Virus record (IMG/VR): IMGVR_UViG_3300032236_000551
Location: 1-58,163 of that record
Source: a virus
Taxonomy: Duplodnaviria; Caudoviricetes
Direction: 5' to 3' (one strand)
DNA length: 58,163 nt
Part shown: positions 47,339-56,156 of the stretch, in pieces
Position numbering within the stretch: position 1 is the first letter of the stretch
How the letters are laid out: each line of letters begins with the position of its first letter
Made by a program: the position numbers and the translations under genes
Notes under the pieces: generated by a model
Databases searched by the model: none
The model's input: only the letters and a program-made list of their open reading frames with translations
Told to the model about the DNA's origin: nothing

Positions 47339-47638
47339 TCAACCAATAAATGCATCGCCTGAACCTTCGGCGATCATATCTCCACATTGAATTTTATCAC
47401 CAATTCTTGCGACTGGTAACCCCTCCATAAAAAATGTTGAAGATCCTTCTGAGATCATTCTTAAATTTCCAGCATGAGTTGACGCTCCACAACTGTGTGG
47501 TTGATATAAAGTTCTTCCCTTTAATTGGATAGCGTTTCCGTTAAAAAATGCTGTAGATGCATATGGACCCTGAGAGTCTGTTGGAGGAAAACAACCCTCC
47601 CCAGTAGATGATGTAGAAGCTGTAGCGACTCCTGGCAT
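47339..47638 (-). CDS. PAAR-like spike tip protein (gp5.4-like)
   Basis: CFPPT, PHSCG..H, GSSTFFMEGLPVARIGDKIQCG..IAEGS. Confidence 0.88.
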   Translation of the reverse strand: MPGVATASTSSTGEGCFPPTDSQGPYASTAFFNGNAIQLKGRTLYQPHSCGASTHAGNLRMISEGSSTFFMEGLPVARIGDKIQCGDMIAEGSGDAFIG

Positions 47639-48145
47639 TTAATTTCCCTCTTTTTGATTCTGAACTGCTTGTTTTAACGCTCTTTGTCCAGCGTCCCAAA
47701 AGTTAGTCAATGTGACGATATATGTCTTTGTAACCTGTCCCTGTTGCGAATCTGGTGCTGTAGCCAGATAGCTGTAATAGTGATATAAAGTTCTGTCTGC
47801 TCTGAAAGATGTCATTGCGTACACATCAGCTTCTTGAAACAAATCCCAGATTGTTGTTGTATATTCGTCTGGTTGTGGTATTCTTTGTATCGAACTATTA
47901 TCGTTTGCTTTTTCTTTATAATGAATGACGCTACCTTCAAACAAGTACTGGTAGTATCCACTAATTGTAGCAACAGTTCCGCTAGTAAGTGTAACTGTTG
48001 GAAACGATTGAGTAATAGCAGTTAAAGTTACTGGTTGAGGATAACCATATTTCGAATCAGTATATGATATCGAATATGAGAAATTTTGCAAAACCTGCAA
48101 ATCATCTGGACCATTAATGTTACTAGAAGAAGGACTCCAAGACAT
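47639..48145 (-). CDS. hypothetical baseplate-module protein between gp5 and PAAR
   Basis: 168-aa ORF tightly packed between neighbours; no motif recognised. Confidence 0.65.
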   Translation of the reverse strand: MSWSPSSSNINGPDDLQVLQNFSYSISYTDSKYGYPQPVTLTAITQSFPTVTLTSGTVATISGYYQYLFEGSVIHYKEKANDNSSIQRIPQPDEYTTTIWDLFQEADVYAMTSFRADRTLYHYYSYLATAPDSQQGQVTKTYIVTLTNFWDAGQRALKQAVQNQKEGN

Positions 48146-48148
48146 TTA

Positions 48149-51118
48149 TTATACCTTGCTTGGTCTAAAGATACCAACAATACCACCACGAGAAGGACTC
48201 CAACCTGATGGCCAACTATTTGTTACATCACCATCGTTAGGGTTATTACCACCTTTACTTGGAGATTGGTTACCACCAACGAAAGTCATCTTACCATTCT
48301 TCATGTAAACAAAGTTGACATGGCTATAACTCCAAAGAACGATATCGCCTGTATCTGCATCAGCAATATCAACTTTAGTCGCTTTCCATCTTGCAGTATT
48401 ATTTGCGATCTCTTTAGCAGAAGCACTTTGAACATAACGATATCCACATTGCTTTAGTGTCCAGTTTACGAAACCCATACACCAAGCAGTTTGATCTGAT
48501 TCCCATGTTTTACCAGAAAACCCAAGATCTTCCCAAATACGGAGAATATTTGGATTACTTGGTTTACCACTTTGTCCTGTTTCCCTCCAATAACCAGAGT
48601 CTGCCAGCTGCAATTGTTTCTGTAAAAATATTCCGATGTCAGAAGCAGAGTCAGAAGATTTCAAACTCTTACCATTACCGTCATCCTTAGGTGTTCCTGG
48701 GAAATTCTGTTTAACTCCATCTGCTGCTGCATCTGGATTACTGAACTTATCTGGATTGGCAAGATAACCTTCTAATGCAGCAAAGTTTTCTTCTTCAATT
48801 TGGAATTTTTGAACGAACGGAGGAGAAGGGCGAACAGGTGTTGTTAAGAATTCTGTTGCTGCTTCTTTGTAATCGTGATGTTCTGGTGGAACCAAATCAG
48901 TACCATCTTGACCACCTTGACCATTTTCATCTGGTGGCACAGCATCAGTCGCTGTAAATCTATCTTTAACTACAACAACTCCACTTTGGGCACCAGCTGC
49001 AGAACCTTCTTGTCCATGGAATTCAGAACCCTGAACATTAACATTTCCTGCTGCGAGAAGATTTTGTGCACCAGCTGCTTGATTGAACATATCACCAGCA
49101 GTAAAGATATTAGTGTTACCTTGAGATTCAACATAGAAGTCTGCGTTAGATTTTAATCCAAGATCTTCTTTGGCTTCTGCGTAAATTCCCTTTCCAGATT
49201 TTGTAGTGATATCACTTGCTGCTTGAATGCCAATCTTAGAAGCAGACTTCATAGTGATATTACCACCAACCTGCATGTTAAGGTTTCCACCGATAGCAAT
49301 GTTAACATCCTCGTGAACACCGATGTCTGCTCCATGGTGTAAATTGACTGTTGCTTGTCCATCAACCTGAACATCAGCAGTTCCATTAACTAAAAGGTTA
49401 CAAGATTCGCCTACTGTAATATTACATCTACCACCAACATAGATACCACCATTTCGTTGAATGATATAGTATCCATCACCAACAATTTTCTGAACCATTG
49501 TTCCGTTGGCGTCAACATCAATAAATGTTCCTGCTCTGTGGTACAAACTAATCATTTCATTTGTTGGGGTATCGTCGAACACCATCAAATGTCCAGACTC
49601 AGATTCAAAAACCTTAGAGTATGGATATGTGCCACCGAATGGAGCAAGAGGTTGGCTCCAGTTTGCAACATCATTCGGTGCAATAATTTCTTTATTACGA
49701 TCAGAGTCTTTAAACTCTAATGCTGTGTCTTTTTGGATACCACGAGCAAGACGATTTGTGTCTGGTTCATCCATCAAATTTCTTAGTGGATACTTTCCTG
49801 ATGGATCAGAGAATCCAATCATAGCATTTGAAGAACGATCTTCTAGTAATGCAGCTTGAGTTGCTGGTGGAAGATCTTTAACTTGATCTGCTGTATATGT
49901 TTTCTGAGTATCAGCTGCAGGTTTATTTGTAGGATCACCACCAACAACTTCACCCAAGAAATACTCGTAGTATTTTTTCTTTTTTTCGTAACCAGTGCCA
50001 GCTGCATCCGCACCAGTTCGCTTTAACGCAGCACCAAAATATCCTGGATCATTAATATCATGAGTTACATTCATTTTATAAAATGCAGCACAAGCCAACG
50101 CAGCAGTTTTTGGATCTGAAATTAAAAGATCAGGACTACCCATCAAGTCAATATCTATTCCGTATTTCTTAAGGAATTTTTGAGTTTGATCGTATCCTGG
50201 TCTTCCTGTCAATTGGTTAAAACCACGACCATAGTATTTACCACCATCGTCTGCTTGTTTATTGCCAACTAACTTACCATTACCCTGAGGTTCGTATATT
50301 TTATTAAAGAAATCTTTTGCAGTACCAGTCCACTTTGTATATGCTTGTGCTTCAGCTGCAGATTTAAATGTTCTTGAGAAAATTTTAGCAAGCTGTTCTG
50401 CAGATTTGTAGTAGTATCCCTCTTCAATTGGAAGCCAAGAAGATTCACCACCACAAATACCAAGGATCGCAGCTTTTGCATATTTGGTAGTCAAACCCAA
50501 TTGATCGCAAGCATCAATAAGGTATTGTATGTTTTGTTTTTTCTTTGCCGTATCGCCTGTAGTTCCTGGAGGGACATTTACAGGGATTGGTTGTTTCAAC
50601 GCAGAGTCGCTAGGTTTGTTTGGCTCTTTTTGCGCAGTCAAATCAGGAGCAGTTGTTGCAGTTGAAGATGGAGCAGTCGCTGGTGCTCCACTAGATGCTT
50701 CTTGAGTTCCAACTTGAATTGGTGTAGTTCCATCACCAGCAGTAACTGGTTTACCAGAAGAATCTGTTAAAACACCACCATTGGTAGCAACAATATTGGA
50801 ATCAGATTCTTCTAATGCGATTGTCGCTGCTTTGGTTTGAGGAATTCCTGGTAGAGTACCAATCATCAATGGTTGTTGTTCATCAGTATCAGTAAAGATA
50901 ATAACAACCCAAGTTCCTGGGACTGGACCAACAGGAGTCCAACCAATACCATTCATTGCAGCAGAAGTTACTGGCGTCATTGGATATGCCCATGGCAAAT
51001 CCTCTGTTGGTATTAGCGTTTTGTTTTCGCTATGCAAACCAACAATACGAACACGACATCTACCTAATTTTAATGGATCGTCTCTGTCCTCAACACATCC
51101 TGTATAAACTTTCATCAT
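48149..51118 (-). CDS. gp5: baseplate hub / central spike with GH19-like lysozyme and C-terminal CHAP/NlpC-like domain
   Basis: OB-fold GCVEDRDDPLKLGRCRVRIVGLH..LPWA; DGGKYYGRGFNQLTGR (GH19-like); YPYSKVFESESGHLMVFDDTP plus beta-helix repeats; DQTAWCMGFVNW...GDIV...HVNFV...GGNQS (TIGR02594-like). Confidence 0.93.
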   Translation of the reverse strand: MMKVYTGCVEDRDDPLKLGRCRVRIVGLHSENKTLIPTEDLPWAYPMTPVTSAAMNGIGWTPVGPVPGTWVVIIFTDTDEQQPLMIGTLPGIPQTKAATIALEESDSNIVATNGGVLTDSSGKPVTAGDGTTPIQVGTQEASSGAPATAPSSTATTAPDLTAQKEPNKPSDSALKQPIPVNVPPGTTGDTAKKKQNIQYLIDACDQLGLTTKYAKAAILGICGGESSWLPIEEGYYYKSAEQLAKIFSRTFKSAAEAQAYTKWTGTAKDFFNKIYEPQGNGKLVGNKQADDGGKYYGRGFNQLTGRPGYDQTQKFLKKYGIDIDLMGSPDLLISDPKTAALACAAFYKMNVTHDINDPGYFGAALKRTGADAAGTGYEKKKKYYEYFLGEVVGGDPTNKPAADTQKTYTADQVKDLPPATQAALLEDRSSNAMIGFSDPSGKYPLRNLMDEPDTNRLARGIQKDTALEFKDSDRNKEIIAPNDVANWSQPLAPFGGTYPYSKVFESESGHLMVFDDTPTNEMISLYHRAGTFIDVDANGTMVQKIVGDGYYIIQRNGGIYVGGRCNITVGESCNLLVNGTADVQVDGQATVNLHHGADIGVHEDVNIAIGGNLNMQVGGNITMKSASKIGIQAASDITTKSGKGIYAEAKEDLGLKSNADFYVESQGNTNIFTAGDMFNQAAGAQNLLAAGNVNVQGSEFHGQEGSAAGAQSGVVVVKDRFTATDAVPPDENGQGGQDGTDLVPPEHHDYKEAATEFLTTPVRPSPPFVQKFQIEEENFAALEGYLANPDKFSNPDAAADGVKQNFPGTPKDDGNGKSLKSSDSASDIGIFLQKQLQLADSGYWRETGQSGKPSNPNILRIWEDLGFSGKTWESDQTAWCMGFVNWTLKQCGYRYVQSASAKEIANNTARWKATKVDIADADTGDIVLWSYSHVNFVYMKNGKMTFVGGNQSPSKGGNNPNDGDVTNSWPSGWSPSRGGIVGIFRPSKV

Positions 51119-52440
51119 GATACTTTTCCTGTTTGCAAATCAAATAATAAACTGTCTTTAATTAGTTCCATCCAACACTCGTGAGTTTCTCTATCCACAT
51201 TGTGATTAATAGCTGCGATTAAATAATTACCACTAAACATTGTATCGATTGTTTCTTGTGGAGTATCAGCATCACCTGTTGGTGCTGGTTTTGGGATATC
51301 TAGATAAACTTTCTGACCAACTGTATAGTCAGTTCTACCTTTAACTTTAATTGTGATCTTAAATGCTTCTGCCTGTTTCATTCGTGAAACACGATCTTGT
51401 ATAGATCGTACGGCAGAAGTATCTCCATAACCATTAAATACTTGGTTATTTGTTTCTGCTCTAAAAATTGTAGCATTAACACGAGCAATAACCTGTTCAG
51501 TTGTTAACGGAAATTTGTTTAATCTAGTTTCTTTACCTTCTGTAAACTTATCAAGATAATCGTAGTTTACAGTTTTATATCTTTTGGTTGTAAGGTCGTG
51601 GGTAATCATTCTAGACGCATAAGTACCAGCACGAATTCTATCGATATAATCAAATCCAACACTAACGCTCATTTCTAAAATTTTAGAAAAGTCTCTATCA
51701 ATGTTTCTTCTTGAACCACCATCATTACCTTTGTCATCAGTTGATGTTCCATAGTTGAATCGTTGTCTAGATTCTTGATCGTTCAAATAATCTAAAGAAA
51801 CAAAATTAAATCCTGCTCTATTCTCAAAGAACAAATATGTATTTGAATTGTTTGGAGTTTGTGCTTGGTCTAGACAAAAGTTAATACAACGAATTGGTGA
51901 CCAGTAGTTAGCGATGAACTTAGTTTTGTTTTTTGTTTCTTCAACAACCAATTGTTTCCAAGAATCAAATCCTGGAGGTTCTTTTACCAATTTCTTAATG
52001 ATGTCAGAAATTTTACCTTCATATGGTCTTGACAATTTCGTATTTAGATCGCTCATTGCTTCAACTGAAATAAAATGCAACTGATAGACAACCTGTTTCT
52101 CAGCAGAATATTCTCGTTCAGTCATTTTATAAATGTAGAATTTGCCTTGAATTATACCAAGGTCATCATGCAATGAATCTAGTGTTGGTGTATACGCTTT
52201 CAACTCCAGTATTTCCATTCCACTAAATGGAACACTGTTAACCAAGTCAAGAGCATCTTTAACTACAATAGATCCAGTAATAAACGGAGAGAACATATCT
52301 TCGTAGATATACAAACCAACCATTTGGTTTTTAATATCAAAGAATGTGTTATTAGCAATAGAAGTAATTCTTACATACTCTACGCTTATGTCACCTGCAA
52401 CTCGCAGTTCACCTGATGCTATGTCTCTATTTTCTGCCAT
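51115..52440 (-). CDS. baseplate hub protein, gp27-like
   Basis: IYEDMFSPFITGSI, YQLHFIS.E, YLFFEN..GFNFVSL, G.TDYTVGQKV, SGNYLIAAINH; between gp53 and gp5. Confidence 0.75.
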   Translation of the reverse strand: MAENRDIASGELRVAGDISVEYVRITSIANNTFFDIKNQMVGLYIYEDMFSPFITGSIVVKDALDLVNSVPFSGMEILELKAYTPTLDSLHDDLGIIQGKFYIYKMTEREYSAEKQVVYQLHFISVEAMSDLNTKLSRPYEGKISDIIKKLVKEPPGFDSWKQLVVEETKNKTKFIANYWSPIRCINFCLDQAQTPNNSNTYLFFENRAGFNFVSLDYLNDQESRQRFNYGTSTDDKGNDGGSRRNIDRDFSKILEMSVSVGFDYIDRIRAGTYASRMITHDLTTKRYKTVNYDYLDKFTEGKETRLNKFPLTTEQVIARVNATIFRAETNNQVFNGYGDTSAVRSIQDRVSRMKQAEAFKITIKVKGRTDYTVGQKVYLDIPKPAPTGDADTPQETIDTMFSGNYLIAAINHNVDRETHECWMELIKDSLLFDLQTGKVS

Positions 52441-52940
52441 TATACAAACATCGCTGTGTATTGTTTAATAACTGCATCCAAAACTGGTTTTGAAACCAAT
52501 TTGATTCTTCGTTTCTTTTCATTCATTTTGTTTTCAAAATCATAATTTGAAATTGGAGTTGCAGACGGATAGTCATGATTAACAGCCAACCCTTGTGCGT
52601 TCTCATAGTGGTGTGTATGATATTCATTACCAGCACCATACTTCTGTGTAACTTTTCTGTCAAGAGCATCAAAAGTTAGTGGCCATTCAGTTCTGTAATC
52701 ATAAATTTTATTCACAAGCATAATTACCCAATGGTATTTTGCATTACCGTAAACTTTGGTGGCTACAATTTCTGGCGTCTCACCATCACGAATATCATAC
52801 AAATCATACATCGTTATATTTTCTACGACGGATTTAATTACACGAACATTCGTTGTAATATCTTTTAGAATTTTTAAAGTTGGTTTTCCATCTTTATCGA
52901 TAAAATCGTAATAGATGTTTGGCATTGTAGAGAAATACAT
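52440..52940 (-). CDS. gp53: baseplate wedge protein
   Basis: MYFSTMP, YDIRDGETPEIVATKVYG...HWVIMLVN, WPL, ENKMNEKKRRIKL. Confidence 0.93.
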   Translation of the reverse strand: MYFSTMPNIYYDFIDKDGKPTLKILKDITTNVRVIKSVVENITMYDLYDIRDGETPEIVATKVYGNAKYHWVIMLVNKIYDYRTEWPLTFDALDRKVTQKYGAGNEYHTHHYENAQGLAVNHDYPSATPISNYDFENKMNEKKRRIKLVSKPVLDAVIKQYTAMFV

Positions 52941-52941
52941 A

Positions 52942-54138
52942 TTAGAAATTGTCCTCGATTTCTTTCTTTGTAAGGATAGCCAATTCTTTAAATGTCATAG
53001 AAATATTGATTTGAGTTGGCATACCATCTCTGAAAGATGTAAATTGTGAATTTGGAGTATAATCAACATCTAAATCTGTCAATACGCAAGAGGTGTGGCG
53101 ATGTAGGTTCAAATTTTCTTTACCATCATTATAGTAAAAAATATCAAACTCAGAAGGGTAGATGAATAAAAAATTATTGCTGTCCTTATACTCAGGATGC
53201 ATGTGTAACTTAAATTCTTTAATAATGTTTCTTATGTTTTGGGCTTCATCTGCATTTCTAGGAAAGAACTGATATTCAAAACTGAATGTTCTGAAATTTA
53301 CCTGTTTAAATAAATTTTCTTTCTTGGGGTTTGCTGCGAGACCAGAAGCTGCAGAAAGGGCTGCACCTTGATCGCTTTTTGATAGTGCTAGTGAAGTCGC
53401 TGCTGCACCAGCAGAACCAGTTAAGTTAGAACCAACTCCTGGCACAATGGCTTTTAAAACTTCAGTACCGACTGTTGCAGCCATTTGAAATGCTGCAGTG
53501 CTTTCTGCTTCCCAGTCCATACTATACTTGATATTTAATTTATTTGGTATATGTAATGCGATGGCTTTTTGTAGTCGTTTTTGTTGACGAGCCATTTTAC
53601 CACCAGCTGCAATTGAGACAATTCCTGCTGCTGCAGCACCACCCAAAGCAGCAGCACCACCAGCTGCAGCTGCACCAGTTATACCACCTTTAATAACTCC
53701 AGTGATACCTTTTTTTGCGCCAGCAACAGCTCCAGCAACAGCTCCAGCTGCAATTTGACTACCATTATTAATAACATTAGCGCCAGCTGCACCAGCAACG
53801 ACTTGTGCAGAGTTATAATCTTGCCCAACCAAATCTCCTCGCAATCTTGCTGGGACTTGATTTGGATCCATTGTTGGTTCTTTAGACTCTTTAATTACAC
53901 GAGAATCTTCTGCCACATTAATGTAGAAGATTACATAATTTCCACCATATACGGTGTTATTTCTAAAGAGATCAGAAGGGTACTGGTACTGTCCAACATT
54001 ATACTGACTATTATTAACTGATCCCATTTCTGAAGGATCTAAACCAATATTTGCTTGTTGTGCTGCACCTCTTTTAGGGTTTAGGTCTTTTTTGTTGGAG
54101 TCTTGGATCCCAACTGCGTTACCGATTACATTAGACAT
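52942..54138 (-). CDS. gp48: baseplate tail-tube cap
   Basis: QYPSDL, IALHIP, NPKKENLFKQVNFRTFSFEYQFFPRN..EA, YPSEFDI, CVLTDLDVDYTP, GMPTQINISMTFKEL. Confidence 0.9.
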   Translation of the reverse strand: MSNVIGNAVGIQDSNKKDLNPKRGAAQQANIGLDPSEMGSVNNSQYNVGQYQYPSDLFRNNTVYGGNYVIFYINVAEDSRVIKESKEPTMDPNQVPARLRGDLVGQDYNSAQVVAGAAGANVINNGSQIAAGAVAGAVAGAKKGITGVIKGGITGAAAAGGAAALGGAAAAGIVSIAAGGKMARQQKRLQKAIALHIPNKLNIKYSMDWEAESTAAFQMAATVGTEVLKAIVPGVGSNLTGSAGAAATSLALSKSDQGAALSAASGLAANPKKENLFKQVNFRTFSFEYQFFPRNADEAQNIRNIIKEFKLHMHPEYKDSNNFLFIYPSEFDIFYYNDGKENLNLHRHTSCVLTDLDVDYTPNSQFTSFRDGMPTQINISMTFKELAILTKKEIEDNF

Positions 54139-54151
54139 GGTTGTTTTTGTT

Positions 54152-54158
54152 CTAAATA
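54152..54158 (+). promoter_or_regulatory. T4-like late promoter (CTAAATA) for gp4
   Basis: CTAAATA on plus strand upstream of GAGGAG and ATG 54185. Confidence 0.6.
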
Positions 54159-54179
54159 ATAGTTAGAGGAGTTATAGTA

Positions 54180-54186
54180 TATTTAT
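54180..54186 (-). promoter_or_regulatory. T4-like late promoter (ATAAATA) for the gp48 operon
   Basis: CATAAATA on minus strand overlapping the gp4 ATG. Confidence 0.5.
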
Positions 54187-54619
54187 GTTCCATAAAAGAA
54201 AGTTTATTCCATCCAACCCAAATAAATACGGTGGCGATCCAACCAACATCATAATGAGGTCTTCTTGGGAGACCAGATTCGCAAATTGGTGTGATGTTAA
54301 TCCCAGCGTTATAAAGTGGAAGTCCGAGGAGACGATTATACCATATCGTTGTGGTACGGACAACAGAATACATAGGTATTATGTGGATTTTCACATCCAA
54401 ATTAAGGATAAAGCTGGAAACATAAAGACCTATTTGGTTGAGATAAAACCAGCCAAACAATGTGTCCCTCCAGTGTTTCCTGGTAAACAGACTAAAAGAT
54501 ATTTAGAGGAATCTTTCGCCTTTATCAAGAATCAGTCCAAATGGGCTGCAGCAAAAGAATATGCAAAAGTTCGTGGTTGGGAGTTCATCATTATTACTGA
54601 ACACGAATTGGGCTTATAA
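54185..54619 (+). CDS. gp4: head completion nuclease
   Basis: PSNPNKYGGDPTNII.RSSWE, W.SEE, HRYYVDF, LVEIKP..Q, NQSKWAAA, F.IITE. Confidence 0.95.
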   Translation: MFHKRKFIPSNPNKYGGDPTNIIMRSSWETRFANWCDVNPSVIKWKSEETIIPYRCGTDNRIHRYYVDFHIQIKDKAGNIKTYLVEIKPAKQCVPPVFPGKQTKRYLEESFAFIKNQSKWAAAKEYAKVRGWEFIIITEHELGL

Positions 54620-54622
54620 ATA
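54615..54622 (+). promoter_or_regulatory. consensus T4 late promoter TATAAATA for gp2
   Basis: Exact TATAAATA overlapping the gp4 stop, 6 nt before ATG 54629. Confidence 0.75.
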
Positions 54623-54628
54623 TAGTTT

Positions 54629-55228
54629 ATGGCTACCAATAAAACAGAATTACAGGACATTTTCGACAAGTATCGCTACGATAAAAACGCAGTGAAGAAG
54701 TCGGCTGCATGGTTTAATCAGCAGGTTTTGTTACTTTCTAAAAAGAGAATTACACCAAACCAGATACTCCGTAATGACCCAAAAGCGATTACGACTAACA
54801 TAGTTCCTGGTAAATTATACATGTATTTTTATGACCCAAAAACTAAGGACGATTTGCCATACTACGACAAATTTCCTTTAGTGTTTCCTTTCAGAAAAAC
54901 TGAAGATGGATTCATTGGGTTGAATATGCACTATCTTCCACACAAATTGAGATTCATTTTGATGGATAGATTACTACAATTTAAGAACAACGACAAATTC
55001 GACGCAACAACAAGACTTCGTTATTCTTGGCAGTTAATTGATGGAGTTTCTAAATTTGCACTCGCCAAACCTTGCGTAAAGAGATATCTTAAAGATCATT
55101 TGAGATCACCTCTAGTTAATGTTACAGCTGATGACTGGGCAACAGCAATGATGTTACCAGTAGAAAGATTCGTTGGAGCATCCACATCACGCATTTGGGC
55201 AGAATCAAAGGCTAAGGCAAGAGTATGA
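54629..55228 (+). CDS. gp2: DNA end protector protein
   Basis: GKLYMYFYDPKTK..LPYYDKFPLV, GFIGLNMHYLP..LR, KPCVKRYL..H, LPVERF. Confidence 0.93.
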   Translation: MATNKTELQDIFDKYRYDKNAVKKSAAWFNQQVLLLSKKRITPNQILRNDPKAITTNIVPGKLYMYFYDPKTKDDLPYYDKFPLVFPFRKTEDGFIGLNMHYLPHKLRFILMDRLLQFKNNDKFDATTRLRYSWQLIDGVSKFALAKPCVKRYLKDHLRSPLVNVTADDWATAMMLPVERFVGASTSRIWAESKAKARV

Positions 55229-56145
55229 AAATTTCAGATTTCGTAACGAGTATGAGCACCACTGGCGGTTTAGCCAGAACAAATAGATATTCTATTATTA
55301 TGGATATTCCTAGTGTTGATGGGACTGGTCTTACTCCATTATCTGATTTATTGATTTACTGCGATCAGGTTCAACTTCCTGGATTGAACATAAACACAGC
55401 ACCAAATAGAACATACGGTGAAGTTAGAGAGACTCCATATGAATTTGCATATGAGCCAATCAACTTTACATTTTATGCTGATGCTGGTATGAATTTGAAC
55501 GCATATTTTAGTGCTTGGATTAAAAGTATTCAAATTAATGGAAGAAGATCTTTTAGATATTACGACCAATACATTTGCCCACAAATGCAAATATTAGTTC
55601 AAGATACTGAAGATGATACTCGTTATCAAGTAACACTATATGAATGTTTCCCAAAAAGTATTGGAGCAATTCAATTAGATTATGCATCAAAAGATGTTAT
55701 GAAAATTCCTGTTACGATGATTTACAAGTATTGGGAATATTCAGTTATTGATAAACCACAAGCACAACAAGTTGGTAGTAATCTTCTTACTAGAGGGTTG
55801 CGCCCATCTGTTGACTATTCAGATCCAGAAAACGATCCAGATATTGAAGAAACATATCCAGTTGACGATCAAAGAGATACTGATGAGTGGGGTGATATGG
55901 CTTTTGATAATACAATACCGAGCAATACAGCATCGTCTAGAAGTTTGGTAAATAATCAAGGAAACATAAATGATTCACCTGCTCTTCCTTCTCAAGGAAA
56001 TGACAGTAATCCACTTGGTGATGATTATCAAGGAGACCTTATACCGACAGGTGGAGACTCAACCACTGTTGACCAATACACTGAAGCAAACCCAGTAGAA
56101 GAAGAATTTACTGGTTATGAAGGCGACGACGAATTAGATTTTTAG
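55225..56145 (+). CDS. tail tube initiator (gp54-like, gp19 fold) with acidic C-terminal tail
   Basis: GGLARTNRY, CDQVQLPG, YGEVRETPY, TFY.D, LYECFPKSIGAIQLDY, VTMIYKYW. Confidence 0.75.
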   Translation: MKISDFVTSMSTTGGLARTNRYSIIMDIPSVDGTGLTPLSDLLIYCDQVQLPGLNINTAPNRTYGEVRETPYEFAYEPINFTFYADAGMNLNAYFSAWIKSIQINGRRSFRYYDQYICPQMQILVQDTEDDTRYQVTLYECFPKSIGAIQLDYASKDVMKIPVTMIYKYWEYSVIDKPQAQQVGSNLLTRGLRPSVDYSDPENDPDIEETYPVDDQRDTDEWGDMAFDNTIPSNTASSRSLVNNQGNINDSPALPSQGNDSNPLGDDYQGDLIPTGGDSTTVDQYTEANPVEEEFTGYEGDDELDF

Positions 56146-56156
56146 GAGAAATAAAA

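Noticed and set aside
44863-54138. Bacterial T6SS, eCIS or tailocin locus (PAAR, gp25, gp5, sheath, tube)
   Set aside because: Portal, terminase, neck, head-completion and prohead genes with T4 late promoters show a complete phage morphogenesis region.
54152-54460. 102-aa minus-strand ORF opposite gp4
   Set aside because: It is antisense to a strongly conserved gp4, has no recognisable motif and covers the promoter region.
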